Of a stretch of DNA of 64,000 bases, positions 15,301-29,166 are shown piece after piece. The first letter of the stretch is position 1. Each line of letters starts with the position of its first letter. This stretch comes from Trichoplax sp. H2. Its lineage: Eukaryota. A program made the position numbers and the translations under genes. The notes under the pieces are model-generated. The model did not search any database. It had not been told where the DNA came from and saw nothing but the letters and a program-made list of their open reading frames with translations. The stretch lies in the NCBI GenBank assembly GCA_003344405.1, contig NOWV01000168.1, forward strand, positions 62,001-126,000, written 5' to 3'.

Positions 15301-16500
15301 CCATAGCGATAGAGCTAATCAATTAGGCCATTAGCTCGAATTATTGATAATTAGATTATTATTTTAACTGAGATTAGTGTATCCGTTACTGATCATTTTG
15401 GGGGGACCGATTTGTTTCAGTTCTATTCAACTTGTACTTATGGATACGTTTTAAAGTTACACAAATTTAAATTAGTCGACTACAATTTTCTTATTGAAAT
15501 ATTCCATTGCCTACCGATACTGCTCAAAAATAAATCAAGATTTTCCTAGTACGAATAATTGAATCAATCAAGTTGATTTTCTCATTAAATATCTCAATTC
15601 AGCAAGAGTTGTAAAGTATTCTCTGCTATAATTCAATAAGCTAGTATTTGCGTGTAATTAAAAGTATGATTGCAGAATTTACTACTGCTTTTTATACGTA
15701 ACATATGCAGTAAAATACACCTTATTAAATAGAGATATTAAACAAGAAAATTGACTAATTGCATCATTGCTACTAGGAATGTCTTGATTACTTACAGTAG
15801 TATGCGATACAACTTTTCAATGAAAAATTCGTCCGTAACTAATTTCTATTTCCACAACTTGAACATTTTTTTTCGATATTTGTACCTAAATTTCTCTAAG
15901 CTATCTGTATCTACTACAGAGACTGAAGTCATGTAGAAATTGTACCGGGTTGATTCACGCTGATTCAAATAAAATGGAACCTTCCTGTAGAAATTTGTAT
16001 CTCGGCTAGCCAAGTTATCAGCATTGAATTAAATCATGTAGACACATGAATGATGCTGAATAGCTGGTTAAAGTTAAAATCGAGTGTAAGAAATTATTAA
16101 ATAAATAGATTCAATTTTTATTTCACTTAAAAACTTAATGATTGATAAAATATCTGAGACATTGCGCTGGATTGATTTAATCCCATTCCAAAAAATGAAA
16201 CAGTTCTTTGGAAATAGCATCTCTGCTTACCCAAGTTATGACACTTGCTTTGCCTTAGCAATCCGAGTTCAATAGGGCGGTTTAAATATTAAAAGTAGTT
16301 TTTTTATTAACATCCATTTTCTTTCCATTGGAAGATTTGTGCTATTATGAAAAGTAACATGGTTGATTTCAATCAGTTGTGATTATAGAAAACAATTTCT
16401 CTTTGCTCATGGAATCTCAACATAGTGACTACAGTAATCTATTTAAAACTAGCACGAATTCCTATGGAAATCGGTATTGACAGTCATGAACAATTTTTAT
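12400..16500. repeat. Degenerate tandem array, ~85-100 bp unit
   Basis: Core resembling CAATTTCAGTCATTTCCGTTGAAACTGCCATGTCTACTTGC recurs with anchors at ~14190, 14281, 14377, 14462, 14555, 14649, 14742, 14842; more diverged copies continue at about the same spacing on both sides. Confidence 0.8.
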
Positions 16501-18229
16501 CCATTTCTACCATTTTTGATTAAAAGAAAAGAATGATAATCATATTGATACATTATTCTTTCTGTCCTTACGATTGGCTAAATGTTGTTATTTATAGGAT
16601 AATCATCTTAATTTACTTCATTTTTTATTTATTCCACTATTCTAAAAATACTCCTTCAGTAACATTGTCCAATATTAGAATATTGCCTTTTAGAGCGATA
16701 GTATTATCCATAACATGACTACTATTCAAAAACTTAACCTAGAAGATTGATAATAATATTGTTTGACGATGACATGGCTATTCTTTTAGACAACAAGGAA
16801 TTAAGGAATAGAAATTGAGACTTGATCACGGTAAGAATTCTTTCTTGACTATAAGATATGTATTCAAATCCCATTCTAGGGAATGTCAATTCCACTTTTT
16901 TTTTGCTACTGTCTAACCCTAATTGTAATTTGTACTTGAAAATAGGCAAGTATACAATCGATTCGAAATTGATGATATCAGTTGGACATGTTGATTATAG
17001 GAAAATAATGGTAAGGAAAGGATTGTGCAATCACTCTATTGATACAAATACTGGAAAGACTTTACATTAGCTTATTTTTCGTATAAACAACGATGAAAAT
17101 GGCATCATTTCATTAGAAATAGGTGTTGTTTTAGAGCATTTCTTTTTATAGAATTAATTCTTCTAGCAGCATTATTTTAAAGCGTTTGATGAAATTGAAT
17201 AACGATTGCCTTTATCATCCTATTTTTCTTAACATTTTTTTCATCATTGATTTGTATTTCCCTCCCATTTCTTTGAATGGATCTTGAAATGGGACAAGTT
17301 GGCACGAGGAATTAAGTTTTACATCTATTTTATTCGTAAATTATAAGCTTTCCCAAAAATAAATATGTGTAGGTCATCACCGGATACAACTAAGTAAAAA
17401 TCGATTCTACTTATGTAGATATAATCTATTAATTTCTCATTGTATACAAATAACTAGATCAGTCTATTGATTAATTAAGCTAAGCAAAGTCATAAGAGAG
17501 AAGACGGAAATCAGATCGTCTAGGGAGCAAATCGATTCCATGTCAGTTAAACTGGCCAAGTTATCAGACCTAGAAGGAAGATCCAGCTCAAGTTTGTCGT
17601 AGCACACTAGTCTTGATAATAATTCCTCTACTCAAAAGGAGTGATCGATCGTAATTACTATAAAATCGATTTTTCTCCCTAAAAAAGTCATGATTGCCTT
17701 GTCTCAATTCGTTGATCTTTATTCTCTTTCGCCAATTTTGATATCTATCTATTCTTTTAGTTTTAAATTCAATATAATAAACTTTTCAAATACTATTACA
17801 ATAGCTAGCAAACTATACTTTAGTTTTTATTGATAATAAATTGAATAGTACATAATGGATGATTCTTTACACTAACTAAAAATACCCAATTTTGTTGTTT
17901 TTAATGTTTCAGTCTAATAATGAACAACAGCAATGACAGCTTGATTTATTAATTTATCCACTTAGCCGATTTGGAAATGAGATAGATGAGCTATCATCGT
18001 TTAAGAATTGGATGCCATTAAAATTATACAGGCACTATCAGTGAAGGAGTTAATCGTTGTATCTTACTAGGAAGTAAACATATCCATCCGGGGTATCTAT
18101 AAAATATAATAAGAGTCATTTTAACAAAAAGAAGGAAAAAAATCAATTACAGTAACAGAGGAGTGGAAAAAAATCCAAACAATATTACCTGTATATTGAT
18201 TTCATTCCTATTTCTTTTTTGAACGCATC

Positions 18230-19760
18230 TTTGGATCCGATGTCTAACCCCGGATATTTATCACATTACTGTTAACTAATCTTGCTTGCATTCTAGTAAC
18301 TGGCATTGACATTTAACAATTTAATTTATTAAATAAGCTCGCTGCCTTTTTCTTCTTCTTAAATCGGTCTTATGTGGAGCACATTGGATACCTAGCCATG
18401 GATATTCTAAGCCCTCTCTGTTAACCGATCTTGCTCGTATTCTAGTAACAAGCATTGATATTTGACAGGCTGACTGTTTACTACTTGTTATATCGGCCAA
18501 TACGGCTACTTTTGTTGCGTAGCCATGAACACTTTAAGCACTTTTTAATAGCTGATCTTGCTAAACATTGATAGTCGGTAATTAAATTTATTAAACAAGC
18601 CCACTATTTACATCGTATTATATCGATCTATATTGCTAGTTTTGATATCCAGCTTGGACATTGAAGGCATCTTTGTTAATCGATCTTGCTCATATTATAA
18701 TAACCCTCATTGATATTAGGCGAGCTGGTTGTTTGCTTCTTGTAATATCGGCCCATGCTTTTAATAGCCATGAATATTTTAAGTTATCTCTATTAACCGA
18801 TCTTGCTTAGATTCCAATAAGAAATATTAATATTTGACAGTTTTATTTTTTAAACAAACTCGCTATTTACTTCTAGTTATGTCAGTTTACAGTGTACTTT
18901 TACCTTGTATTTCTTGACATAAAATTTAAGTCATCTCTGTTAACCGATGTTATTTGTATTCCAATAACAAATATTGATATTGACAGTTTTATTTTTAAAA
19001 AAAGCTCGCTATTTATTTTTAGTTATGTCAATATATCCCTCTATCTTGCAGATCTAGACATGGATATTTAAGCTATCTTTGTCAACCGATCTTGCTTGAT
19101 TGTAATAACGACTTTAACTTTTTAAATGAGCTTGCTATTCACTTCTTATTATATCAGTCGATACAGTTACTTTCGATGTCTAGCTACGGAATTTTAAGCC
19201 GTTTTGATAGCCGATCTTGTTTTTACATTCGAATAACAAGTATTGGTATTTGATAGTTTAATTTTTAAACAAGTTTGCTAGTCTATACCTCTGTCTTGTA
19301 TTTCTCGACATGCATATTTAAGCCATCCCTGTTAACTGATCTACTATTTTAATAACAGGTATTGATATTTGCCTGTTTAATTTTTTAAACAAGTTCGCTA
19401 TTTACTTCTTGTTATATTAGTCGATATAGTTACCTTTGATATCTAGCCATGGATATTTCAAGCCGTCTATGATAACCGATCTTGCTTACATTCCAATAAC
19501 AAGCGTTAAATTTTGACAGTTTCAATTTTATTTTAAAGAGGCTCGTGGATAGCTCAGTTTGCTCTTTAATGTTTCTGGTTACATAAGCCTATGTAGCTGT
19601 TTTCAGTAGTAAATCGTAGATATTTATGACAATTCTACTAGTCAGTCTTGCATTCCTATAACAAGCATTGCTATTTGATAGTTTAGTGAATGAAAGAAGT
19701 TGGCGGATAACTGAGCTGATTCATTCATTTTCTTGTTATATAACTTTACACGGCTACCAT
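18230..19760. repeat. Degenerate tandem array, ~115-150 bp unit, about 11 copies
   Basis: Core resembling AGCCATGGATATTTAAGCCATCTCTGTTAACCGATCTTGCT...AATAACAAGCATTGATATTTGACAG recurs near 18272, 18421, 18546, 18676, 18793, 18940, 19082, 19207, 19332, 19472, 19639; fainter TGATATTTGACAAT-like remnants continue to ~22 kb. Confidence 0.85.
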
Positions 19761-22700
19761 TAGTTAACAAAGCATTAGTAGTCACAATTTTAGCTTCCAT
19801 AATTATCCTATCTTGCCAGTAATTGTGATAGTTTTTATAGCTTATTTATTGGTTTAATGTAACCGTGTTTAGACTGTTCGGGAATACAAACAGTTTAGCC
19901 ATGAATATCTTTAAAAGTATTTCGGTTAAGATTGAGTTTCTTCTTCTAAGTGTTGAGACCGCTGTAATCGGCTTATAAATATTAGTAGTTTACAATTTGT
20001 ACCTTGGATTTGACTTGCTTACTAGCGACCAATCCTATATCTGATTTTAAATTAAATGCGCTTAAATCGTACATGTATTGTGATATTTGCCTGGGTTTAT
20101 TTTATGATTTACTTCTTTTCTTACGCGTCTATGCCGTTATCATGTGTCTACTAGCACTAATATTGGACAATTTACGCAAGGACTACTAGATGAAGCCCTT
20201 GGTCTTCTTCTAGTATAGCTTCGCACTTAATCTAAATTACCCATAAACTGGCAGTTCTACGTTAGCTGTTTTGGAATTTACACGACTTAGATTCTACGAT
20301 TTCTGCTAGAGTTGGCTATCGATGTCGTCCAAAAATCCTTGTACCTTGCATTTATTACCCAAAACATTGAATGAATAGTCGACATTCTCCAAGGGTCTCC
20401 TTTTGAATTTAATCTATATTTACAGTATATAGTCTCCAGTATATAAAAGTGAATATTTGGCAATCATTGCTACTATAATTTGATCTATCTTGCCTAGAAA
20501 CAACGCAATCTGTTATTTCTTTTTCTTAACCTTAAGCACAACCTAGCGTTAACTAGCAGCTATGGGTGCCATAAAGTATTGGATAGTCTAATACAGAACT
20601 TAATCTTATTTTGCTCATCCAGTAGTATGCAGATATGGGTATTGGCTAATATAAACCTTGCCTTATCTAAAAATGAAGTTATCCTCCACTTTTGACTGTC
20701 CAATATATCTGAATTCTCATTACACTAGCATTAATATTGGATAATCTACTCATCTATCTTTATAACATCTCCCTTGGTGCTAAACTGTAAATTAGTTCTC
20801 TCTTCCCTTCTCTGACACAAGTACATACCGTTAGTTTCTGGATATTAAGCATAATTTCTCATCGCATTAAAGTTGATTTGCCTCACGTTCAATGTGTTTT
20901 CTCTGCATTTTATCAATTTTTATAGCCATCCAAATACTATTATTTGACAATAAGTATCTTTAAAATTAAGTTAATGCACTCCCCAATGAATTTCTTCTCT
21001 ATTCACATACTCGTATATATTCTAACTTCGATAGATGTTCATTCATATCTGACAATTGACGTCATTACAGTCGATCTGTCTAGGCCGCAAATGAAGTTAA
21101 TTTTTTGCTGTTTATTTATCTATATTGCCTGGCTTCCATTATATAAGTATTGATATCTAACAATTTGCATCATGCTTATGTACGTAAATCCGCCATGGAT
21201 ATGTTGATACGTGACAACTGACGTCTTTAAATCTGTTCCATCTGGCTTACAAATAATTTTGTTCATTATTTTGAATATAATAATTTATTCTGGCTTTCAT
21301 TGCTCAAGCATTTAATCTACTTTGCTAATATTGACCTATCTTTGCAATAACTTAACTTTTTTGACTACTTCACACCCTGACTTTGGTATACTAGCATAGT
21401 ATTTAGTTATCTATGTTTCCAATGTTTAAAACCTAGACTATCTACGGATGAGGTCATTGCTCATTGGCTTTCTTCTTGCAGCAAGGTAGGTAAATGATAT
21501 GGAAATTGGTAGTACAGGCTATTAAGGTAGTTATGTTACTGTTAATCACTCCTTATAATGTAGAGGTAAATTATTTATGTTATCCATCCAGATTGTAATA
21601 TACAACTATTGATAGAAATAATCTGCCTTACGCTTACGATATTGGCTTGTTTATTCCTTAATTTTAAATTTCGTATATGTATGTCCGGTATATTCCCCAA
21701 TTGGATAGAACAACATTTGATATTTGACAATCTATACTGTTCAATTCGATCCATGATGTATATGATAAATTTATTTTCAATCCTTATTATATCTTGACAT
21801 CTGTATCGTTATGACTTTAATATAAACAGGATGGGGATTGAACTTATCCTGCTTATAAACACTTCCATTCTTTATTTTTTTCTTTTGCATGTACTACGGT
21901 AACTTTCAATACTGTTTTGTAAGCATAGATACATGGTAATTTTCAGGCTTTAATCTTGCTTAATCAACCTTTTTACAGCTAACCTTTTTTGACTATAAAT
22001 AACTCAAATTTCTGGTACTGTATTCCTTGAATTTGATGTACTACTGATCATGTTTGCAGTCAGGGGCCATAGTGCAGGTCTATAGTGCGTAGACACGGGT
22101 TAATTTTTCAATTTCCGTATCTGTCATATGGTATACGATTTACACACGCCACATGTAACCCTAACTTGGATATTCGGTAATTTATATTTATTTGATATTT
22201 TCGTACCTTACTTCATCTTGCTTTTAACTAAAATGTATACTTAATTTCTTATATACGGCTACATTACGTGTTATGGATAATATGATCTATATTATATAAT
22301 GTCAATATTGATACAAAACAATTTATATCTTTCAACTCTAAAGTCTTGACTACAAATGAGGCTATCACTCTATTTCTTAGAAAAAAATTACAGGTTTCAA
22401 TAGAAGAGCAATCTATGTTGTTGACATTAATTGACTGTTTCAATATTCAATCCGACGATCTAATCTACCAAAATTTTAATCGTTGTAAATTTTATGATCG
22501 AAATTAGAGCACATTTAAATTCCATGTTTATAGCTTAAGAATTACCATGTTTGGTAATTATAGTATCCGTTGGATATCTATCGAATTTAATCATCATCGA
22601 AAATTACTGAGCAAACACCTAACGTTATTTTTCGATATGGCTATTTTTGCTTGAATGTTACTTTTATAATAATCAGTCAATGACAATATGCTTTTGCAGT

Positions 22701-25700
22701 AAATAGTCGCCAACTTGGATCCTGGCTAATTCTGCAACAATGCCACCTATTAATAAACTATATAACTTTAGTAGATCTTGGCCAGTAATATAATAGCTAA
22801 ATATTGAATAAAATCCGTACATCCTGTCTACATCCATCACTTGAATCCAAATGGAGACATTCTATACAATATAATTATTTTTTCTTAAAAAGGGTAACTA
22901 TTTTAATTACAAGAAAAATACATCAAATGTATAAATCAATAATGATCAATTGTTTATCTACTTCTCCTCCATTTCTAGTTAGAACACATTATTCATGTGT
23001 GAATTTCTAGTATAGGATATTACGTGACAATATGAATAGACAGCAGTTGAAATGGCTTAGTTTATATTTAGTTTCCATTTCTTGAATTCAAGTTATGACA
23101 TCAGTACGTCATCTCTGAACTTCTTTTGACAAGCCTATAACTAGTAGCATTCATTCATTGCTTTCTCTCCATACATATACAGTATATGTGCGTTTATCGA
23201 GACAAAGCCATAATTCCATAGACTACCTGCATTTACTAATGTAGAGAGTAGACCAACTAGTACAATATATTGGAAATCAAGCAAATGAAAGAATTTAGAG
23301 ATTGTCGTCTTACTGACTAGTGTTGTGATTGGACTTTGAGATTTCTAAATTTTTTTCATTCATTATCGTCGTATATTATCAATCCCAATCGTGTTCTATC
23401 TCTAGCTGGTTGCTCACTACCCTATAGCCATCTTCTGTTGTGTATGATAATAATTAGAGCAAGTCTATTTTGTTAAAATAGAATGATCAACTATGGTTTA
23501 TAAATTAGGATAGAAGCAGAGAAATATTTTTAATAATCAATATAATAGGTGACATTGAGATTCATGCTAACTATCTAATCGATGTAATCTATCTTCATTA
23601 TAATTTATCCCATGCTTTAGTTATGGTTGAATCCTAATAAAGCCTATCATTTCAAGAAGCACCCAGAAAAGGTAAAATATCAGAACTAATTTTATTCTAT
23701 TAGCTGTCAAAAGTATATTTTATTACCCTTTTAGTAAAACTTTGACATAGGTGAATCTAGTTATTTTTCATTTTTACACATGATAACGTCAAATGACAAC
23801 TTGTAAAGTATTTACTTATATATATAGATAAATAGTTAGATACAAGTCTAAAATTTACCTTTCCCTGTTTCCTTCATTTTTTTAATATCAACAAATTACC
23901 AACTTTTGGAGTCTATTAGATTTTACATTGCAATACGTTTGTCTTAGATAGGAGTAAAATTATATTTTAATTTTAATTCCGAACAGTTATCATAAACGAT
24001 TCAATATATTAAGATTTATTTTAGCTAGACAGAAGTAAAACTACATCTTATATGACTTTGCCTATTATTACGTGCAGTATCAAGTATTTAATTCAAACCC
24101 TTAGTTGAATTTCGTTCAGGTAGAAAGAACTATGTTGCAAAGTAACTTTGCATAGTGGCGTAATAGAGTTCTAATAAGATAAGTAGAATGTACTGTCATC
24201 AATTTATCTATGATGTCTGAAATATTTTAATAGATAATTGCATGCTGCCGTATAATATTATGTAAGTCCTGGCATTAACGTTATGAAGCTACACCATAAA
24301 TTGTCCGATTTTGTAAAAATTTTGAGTTTATAATTTGGTCTGAAGAAAGACTAGTAGTTATTGCGGCCACTTGTCGTTGGGAGATCGTCAGTATTTAGAA
24401 TCATATTGTAGGGTAGATATTATACTGTATTCATGTATGGTATTTACTGCTGATACAATGACTAACGTTAGTCGTAATTATCAAGATTTGGATATAACTC
24501 CTTATTTGGTGTAATTATCTATATTTGGTAACTTTTACTAAATATGAATACATAAAAGAAATAGCGTTTGAGGCTGAGCAAGCTAAGCACGGTAGAGAGT
24601 TTTACGAAGAGTTGTTGTTTAGATCGGATCTTGTTACTCGTTGGTAACTTCTAGTTCATAACTAATAAATTGAATATAGCCAGATTTAGAGCCTGTTTTT
24701 ATTATTTATTACTACATCCCAACAGTAGATATCGGGGAAGACTATCGTGGCAGTGAGCGCATAACGTATAGTTCCCACTAGTAGTGTCTAATTTGTCGAT
24801 GCAAATTGCGGTTTATAACAGGCTATAAATGGTATGGCACATTTAGCTATACCGTATTAGCACAGAAAAGTCTGTACTTCATGCATTATTAAGGTAGATA
24901 AAGTTAAGATTCGAGGATAACTCCACGATATATGCATCTTTAGAACAGATAAGTAAGTTTGCACGCCTATATTTTAATGTATTGCTTGGGGTAGGCAACG
25001 GTAAATTCCATTGTATGTAAATCTACTTAGGCACGTGCAACAATGGTTAGCCTATATTTTATTGCCTTATCCAGAGTAGTTCGAGATAAAATGACGTTAC
25101 CCTTCTGCATATTTAGCATATGCAAGTCTATATAACTTTATAGGCCGCATAGAGCAGATCAAGATTAGAATACCTTCTAAATCTGCATCATTTACATCTC
25201 GAATAGCTACTATACGTAATAAGTAAGTCTATATCTTGCCGACCGTTTTGAGCTATACATACATGAATTTATATTCTAAATATACATTGAGTTATAAAAC
25301 TAGTAGTCTGGTGTGCAGTTACAGCTAGTTCTATTATTTGTACATCAACAATCATTAGTATCCGGTATATTATAGCTTTATATTCTCTTAAAGTACCTTC
25401 CCTTTTTAATTTCAATGAAAGTAATTGTGGTACCAATAGATTTTAAGAATCATAAGCAATCATTTACAAACTTTTCAATGCTATAATCATACAAATAACG
25501 TCGATTTTGTCCTTATTAGTCGAAAATAACGGCAATAACTGCTTAAGAAATTTGCTCATCTCAATGGAATCTAAATCTGTAAATAATATTAATCATTTGC
25601 GTTTACAACGTATCGGTAGTCGTCATAGACTCGTATTATTGCTTACACTCCGTCAACGCAAATTGGTTTAAAACCTAAGTTTAGTTTAAATACGTGTTAT

Positions 25701-28700
25701 AAGGTAACTTTAGTAGAAGGCTTTTAAATTGATATCATTGCCAGTGGCTTTATCATAAACATTTGAGAATTTCGCTAATCTTAAAGTTGGTTAATAAATC
25801 AACCATTAGATCTTGTTTGCATAACTTTATTATTTTATCTCCATTAGATGTGTAACTTCAAAACTTATATTTAAAGCTTCAAGATGGACTAATTTTATTG
25901 TTGTACGATAAACGAATTGCTTTAATAGATTAATGCCATCGGAATACTAACCCTTGCATTATGCTTTAAGTTCGGGGCTACTAAATTTCAATTAGTTACT
26001 GATTTTGCACTTTCTTCGACTTGATAGTGACACAATTTAAGCTAGCAGGAGAATGAAACATTAGCTAAGGTCTGACTTTTCCAACTTATCATGAAAGTAA
26101 TCCTTGAAACTAACAGATTTAAAGCATAGCCTCAGATCATCCGACTCATGAAATGTATAAGGCCATAATTCCCAAATATCCACCCTTTAAATAAAATTTA
26201 AGCTTGTATGATGCATATCAGCGATTATTATCTTGAGGTCAATGTGATCAACTTCTCTACTGTATTGAAATTTATGAACTAGGTACCAATCATTGATATT
26301 GCACCGTGTGCATAAAGTACTTCGCTACTGAGTAGAGTAATTTTAACTACAATTCGTCTCTTGTATTCCTGTTAAATGCATTTAAACTAAATTACAATCA
26401 CGTAGGATCATAATCGTTCATTAATCGTGTATGTTACAACGCTATCGTTTAAAGATTTTCCTTCTATTAATTTTCATGACTAAGTTTATAATATTCTGCG
26501 AGAAAGATTACCGCATAATCTTGTTTTAGAATATCAATAATTAATAATCTGCACTGCATTGAATTAAGTTATCAGATACATATAAAGAATATTATACAAC
26601 GGATACTATCATTAATGTTCGTTTCAGCAATTTACATAAAATTAATTAGCAAGTTTATCTCTGTTCTGATAATCTTTCCAAGGAATTGTAAACGAAATGT
26701 TGCAGTGGTAAAATTATTTTCAAATTCTGATGTTGAATTCCGTCATAGCCTACGGTATGGCTTAGCAATTTTCAATTATAATACATTATACTACTTAGCA
26801 GTAGTTTACGTAAACTATCAAGAAGGAAAATATCCACGTATACATCCTAAAATCCTTATAAGTATGATTTCGGAATGAGATCTATCATTTATTATAGTTA
26901 AATTTGTATTTGAAAAAATTTTTCTCATGGCAAACTGACATGATATTATAGTAATGCTATGAATAATATCAAATTCGATTCCATCAAAATCTTATAATTT
27001 GCGAAAAATATGCATCTTATCCGTAACGTTTGCAAAGAACAAATAATTATTTAATGGTTGACAATGTATTCATAAAATTGAGAAGACAGTTTTAGTCTGC
27101 TTAGCAGTTAATTATTGTCGCCGCTTCTTCCGTATTTCCTACATTCAGTTCTATATCTTTGACATTTTTAGATATTAAATAGAATCATGATAGAAATCGA
27201 CTGACATATTGCGGAACTATATAACTTAGTCGTCGATATATTAATCAATTAAATATTACTTCGATCTATTATAATAGTCTATCATTGTTATAATGTCTGC
27301 CGCACATTTTCTTCATTCTAAGCAATGGAACAATGACATATTTCAAGACCTATATTGTGCTTAAAACAATTATTAGATTAATTGTACAGATATTAAAATA
27401 GAAAATTTACTTGATCGCTTCATTTAAAATTCTATCTTCTCATGTAATACTACACTTGCTATCATGCTCATTATGATCGTTTGAATCTATAAGACTAATG
27501 GGAGAAAAGTTACTTTGTGTTAATAACCCAAAATTACTTCTCCTTCGTTCTGCCTGATTCAGTTTATGAGCCAGACATCTCTTCAATACCGATATTATGC
27601 TCGATCTGATCGTAGAACTGTAACAATTACATAAATAGATCTAAAAAGATTCCATCAACACTTTCAGACTATAGTTGTAGCTATAGCTACGCGAAATTAC
27701 GCCAACGTCTTTGATGAGCTTCGATTCAGCACACACTATTAAGTTATTTAAAGCTATACCGGATACTTTCTAATACAGATATTATATTAAACAAATTAAT
27801 GACTTTTTACCTATCATGAACAAATGTTATAGGGGAAAAAATTACCTAAGGAACCAATTGCTTTAATTCACCGATATAATTTTAAGTCTACTTTCCTTGA
27901 ATTAAAAAAATCACATCATTCAGTGAAAACAATGCGCTTAACATGGCTATTACATTCTATCAAATTATCATCATAGCCAAGATGATATATGCAATAGCAA
28001 AATAATCGTTGTCGAACCGATTCTTCAATTCATAGCTGCAATTATAGCCTCTACTATAAATTTGTGATTCTAAGCTTATCTAAAGATACTGATATTTTGC
28101 AATATTGGTTCTATGCTCAATTAAGCTACTATCATGCACATGCTGGAAGGCGTATAAAGATAAATATCTAAGAGATCAATTTCAACTCGTAGCTATTATA
28201 ACTTCCCTTTTTCTAAATTATTAACTCTGGATTTATTTAACAGTAATAATGCATTTCGATATGAATCTCATACTCAATTCAATTATCATAGCCGCACCAA
28301 TGCGTATAATGAAGAATCACTCTTTAATTGATTACAGAAATTTAATCCGTAATTATGATCACCTGCTCTACTCAAATTTTATCCTTTATCATTTAATTAT
28401 AACGATACCCTCAGCATGGATGTAATGCTCGACCCAATTATCATTATGGCCATGTGATATACATATAATTGAAAAATAATTTCGATCAAAAAAGTGGATC
28501 ATTTCCACCCAAGGCAATGATTCCTTGCTTGTTCCCAAATTGGTAATTTCTAATTCGCTTAATAATTTGGACGCCTTTTCATGGTGGGGTTAACTATAGT
28601 GCTTTATAACGCAGATTATAACTATTGTTATCTAAAATATTATATTTAAAGTAATTATCGTCATCACCTTTTTGATCTACATGATAAAATAGTAATTATA

Positions 28701-28998
28701 ATTGTTATTTAATAATATATTATTTCAGCTCATAGCAGAAATCTAGAAGTATAGTCATCTAGAATATTTCGATCGTTGTAGCAGTTATCGTTTCGATCTA
28801 TATGAAGTTAATTATTATTTTAGTAATGAATAATATAACGAGTAATAAGGAAGGGAATTTGTATTTAATGGTGAATAATTTTACTACACAATAGCAATCT
28901 ATAATTCTAAGGATCTCTTTTAGATCTCCTATTTTAATTTTGCATTAATTGGGTAATCATTGCAATATCAGAGTACGCTATATAGTATAATAGTATTA

Positions 28999-29166
28999 TG
29001 TTGACATGGAATAGGAAACTGTCGTAGAAATATATGTACTATTAACACATAGTCGATTTGTAAAATCGATTTAGAGCGTATTGTTGTTGACATGGAATAG
29101 GAAACTGTCATGGAAATACTAGTACAATCAATACATTTAGACGATATGCAATATCGATTTAGAGCG
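28999..29166. repeat. Two-copy tandem duplication (~86 bp period)
   Basis: TGTTGACATGGAATAGGAAACTGTC...ATCGATTTAGAGCG at 28999-29078 and 29085-29166. Confidence 0.85.

Larger units (their letters stand above)
8365..25365 (+). pseudogene. Decayed, 5'-truncated polycystin-1-like (PKD1L family) pseudogene
   Basis: Colinear degenerate motifs with stops and frameshifts: GPS-like *ITDS...NHTT (8372-8456); PLAT-like V*IITQGTD / YGPREV / FVKV..SGLS / IYVTVADDNFLRNE*V (8933-9216); SQFTK...RERPIAAIALAILYDCACLN (~9445-9546); FIEYVIYAAWTVVIC (11001-11045); LESEEEEVRKL (from 12013); VVIYRIIILIYFIFYLFHYSKNTPS (16533 ORF); DSKLMISVGHVDYRKIMVRKGLC (16858 ORF; cf. GxxRLRQxRV...C); KLRFEDNSTIYASLEQISKF...IYLGTCNNG (24901-25050); LVVW (~25300). 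Boundaries approximate. Confidence 0.62.

Noticed and set aside
16680-16830. RILPFRAIVLS...LLF...IILFDDDMAIL resembling LINE reverse transcriptase PQG/YADD motifs
   Set aside because: Spacing too short, needs frameshifts, no other RT motifs, and the segment lies between two PKD1L-like exon remnants.
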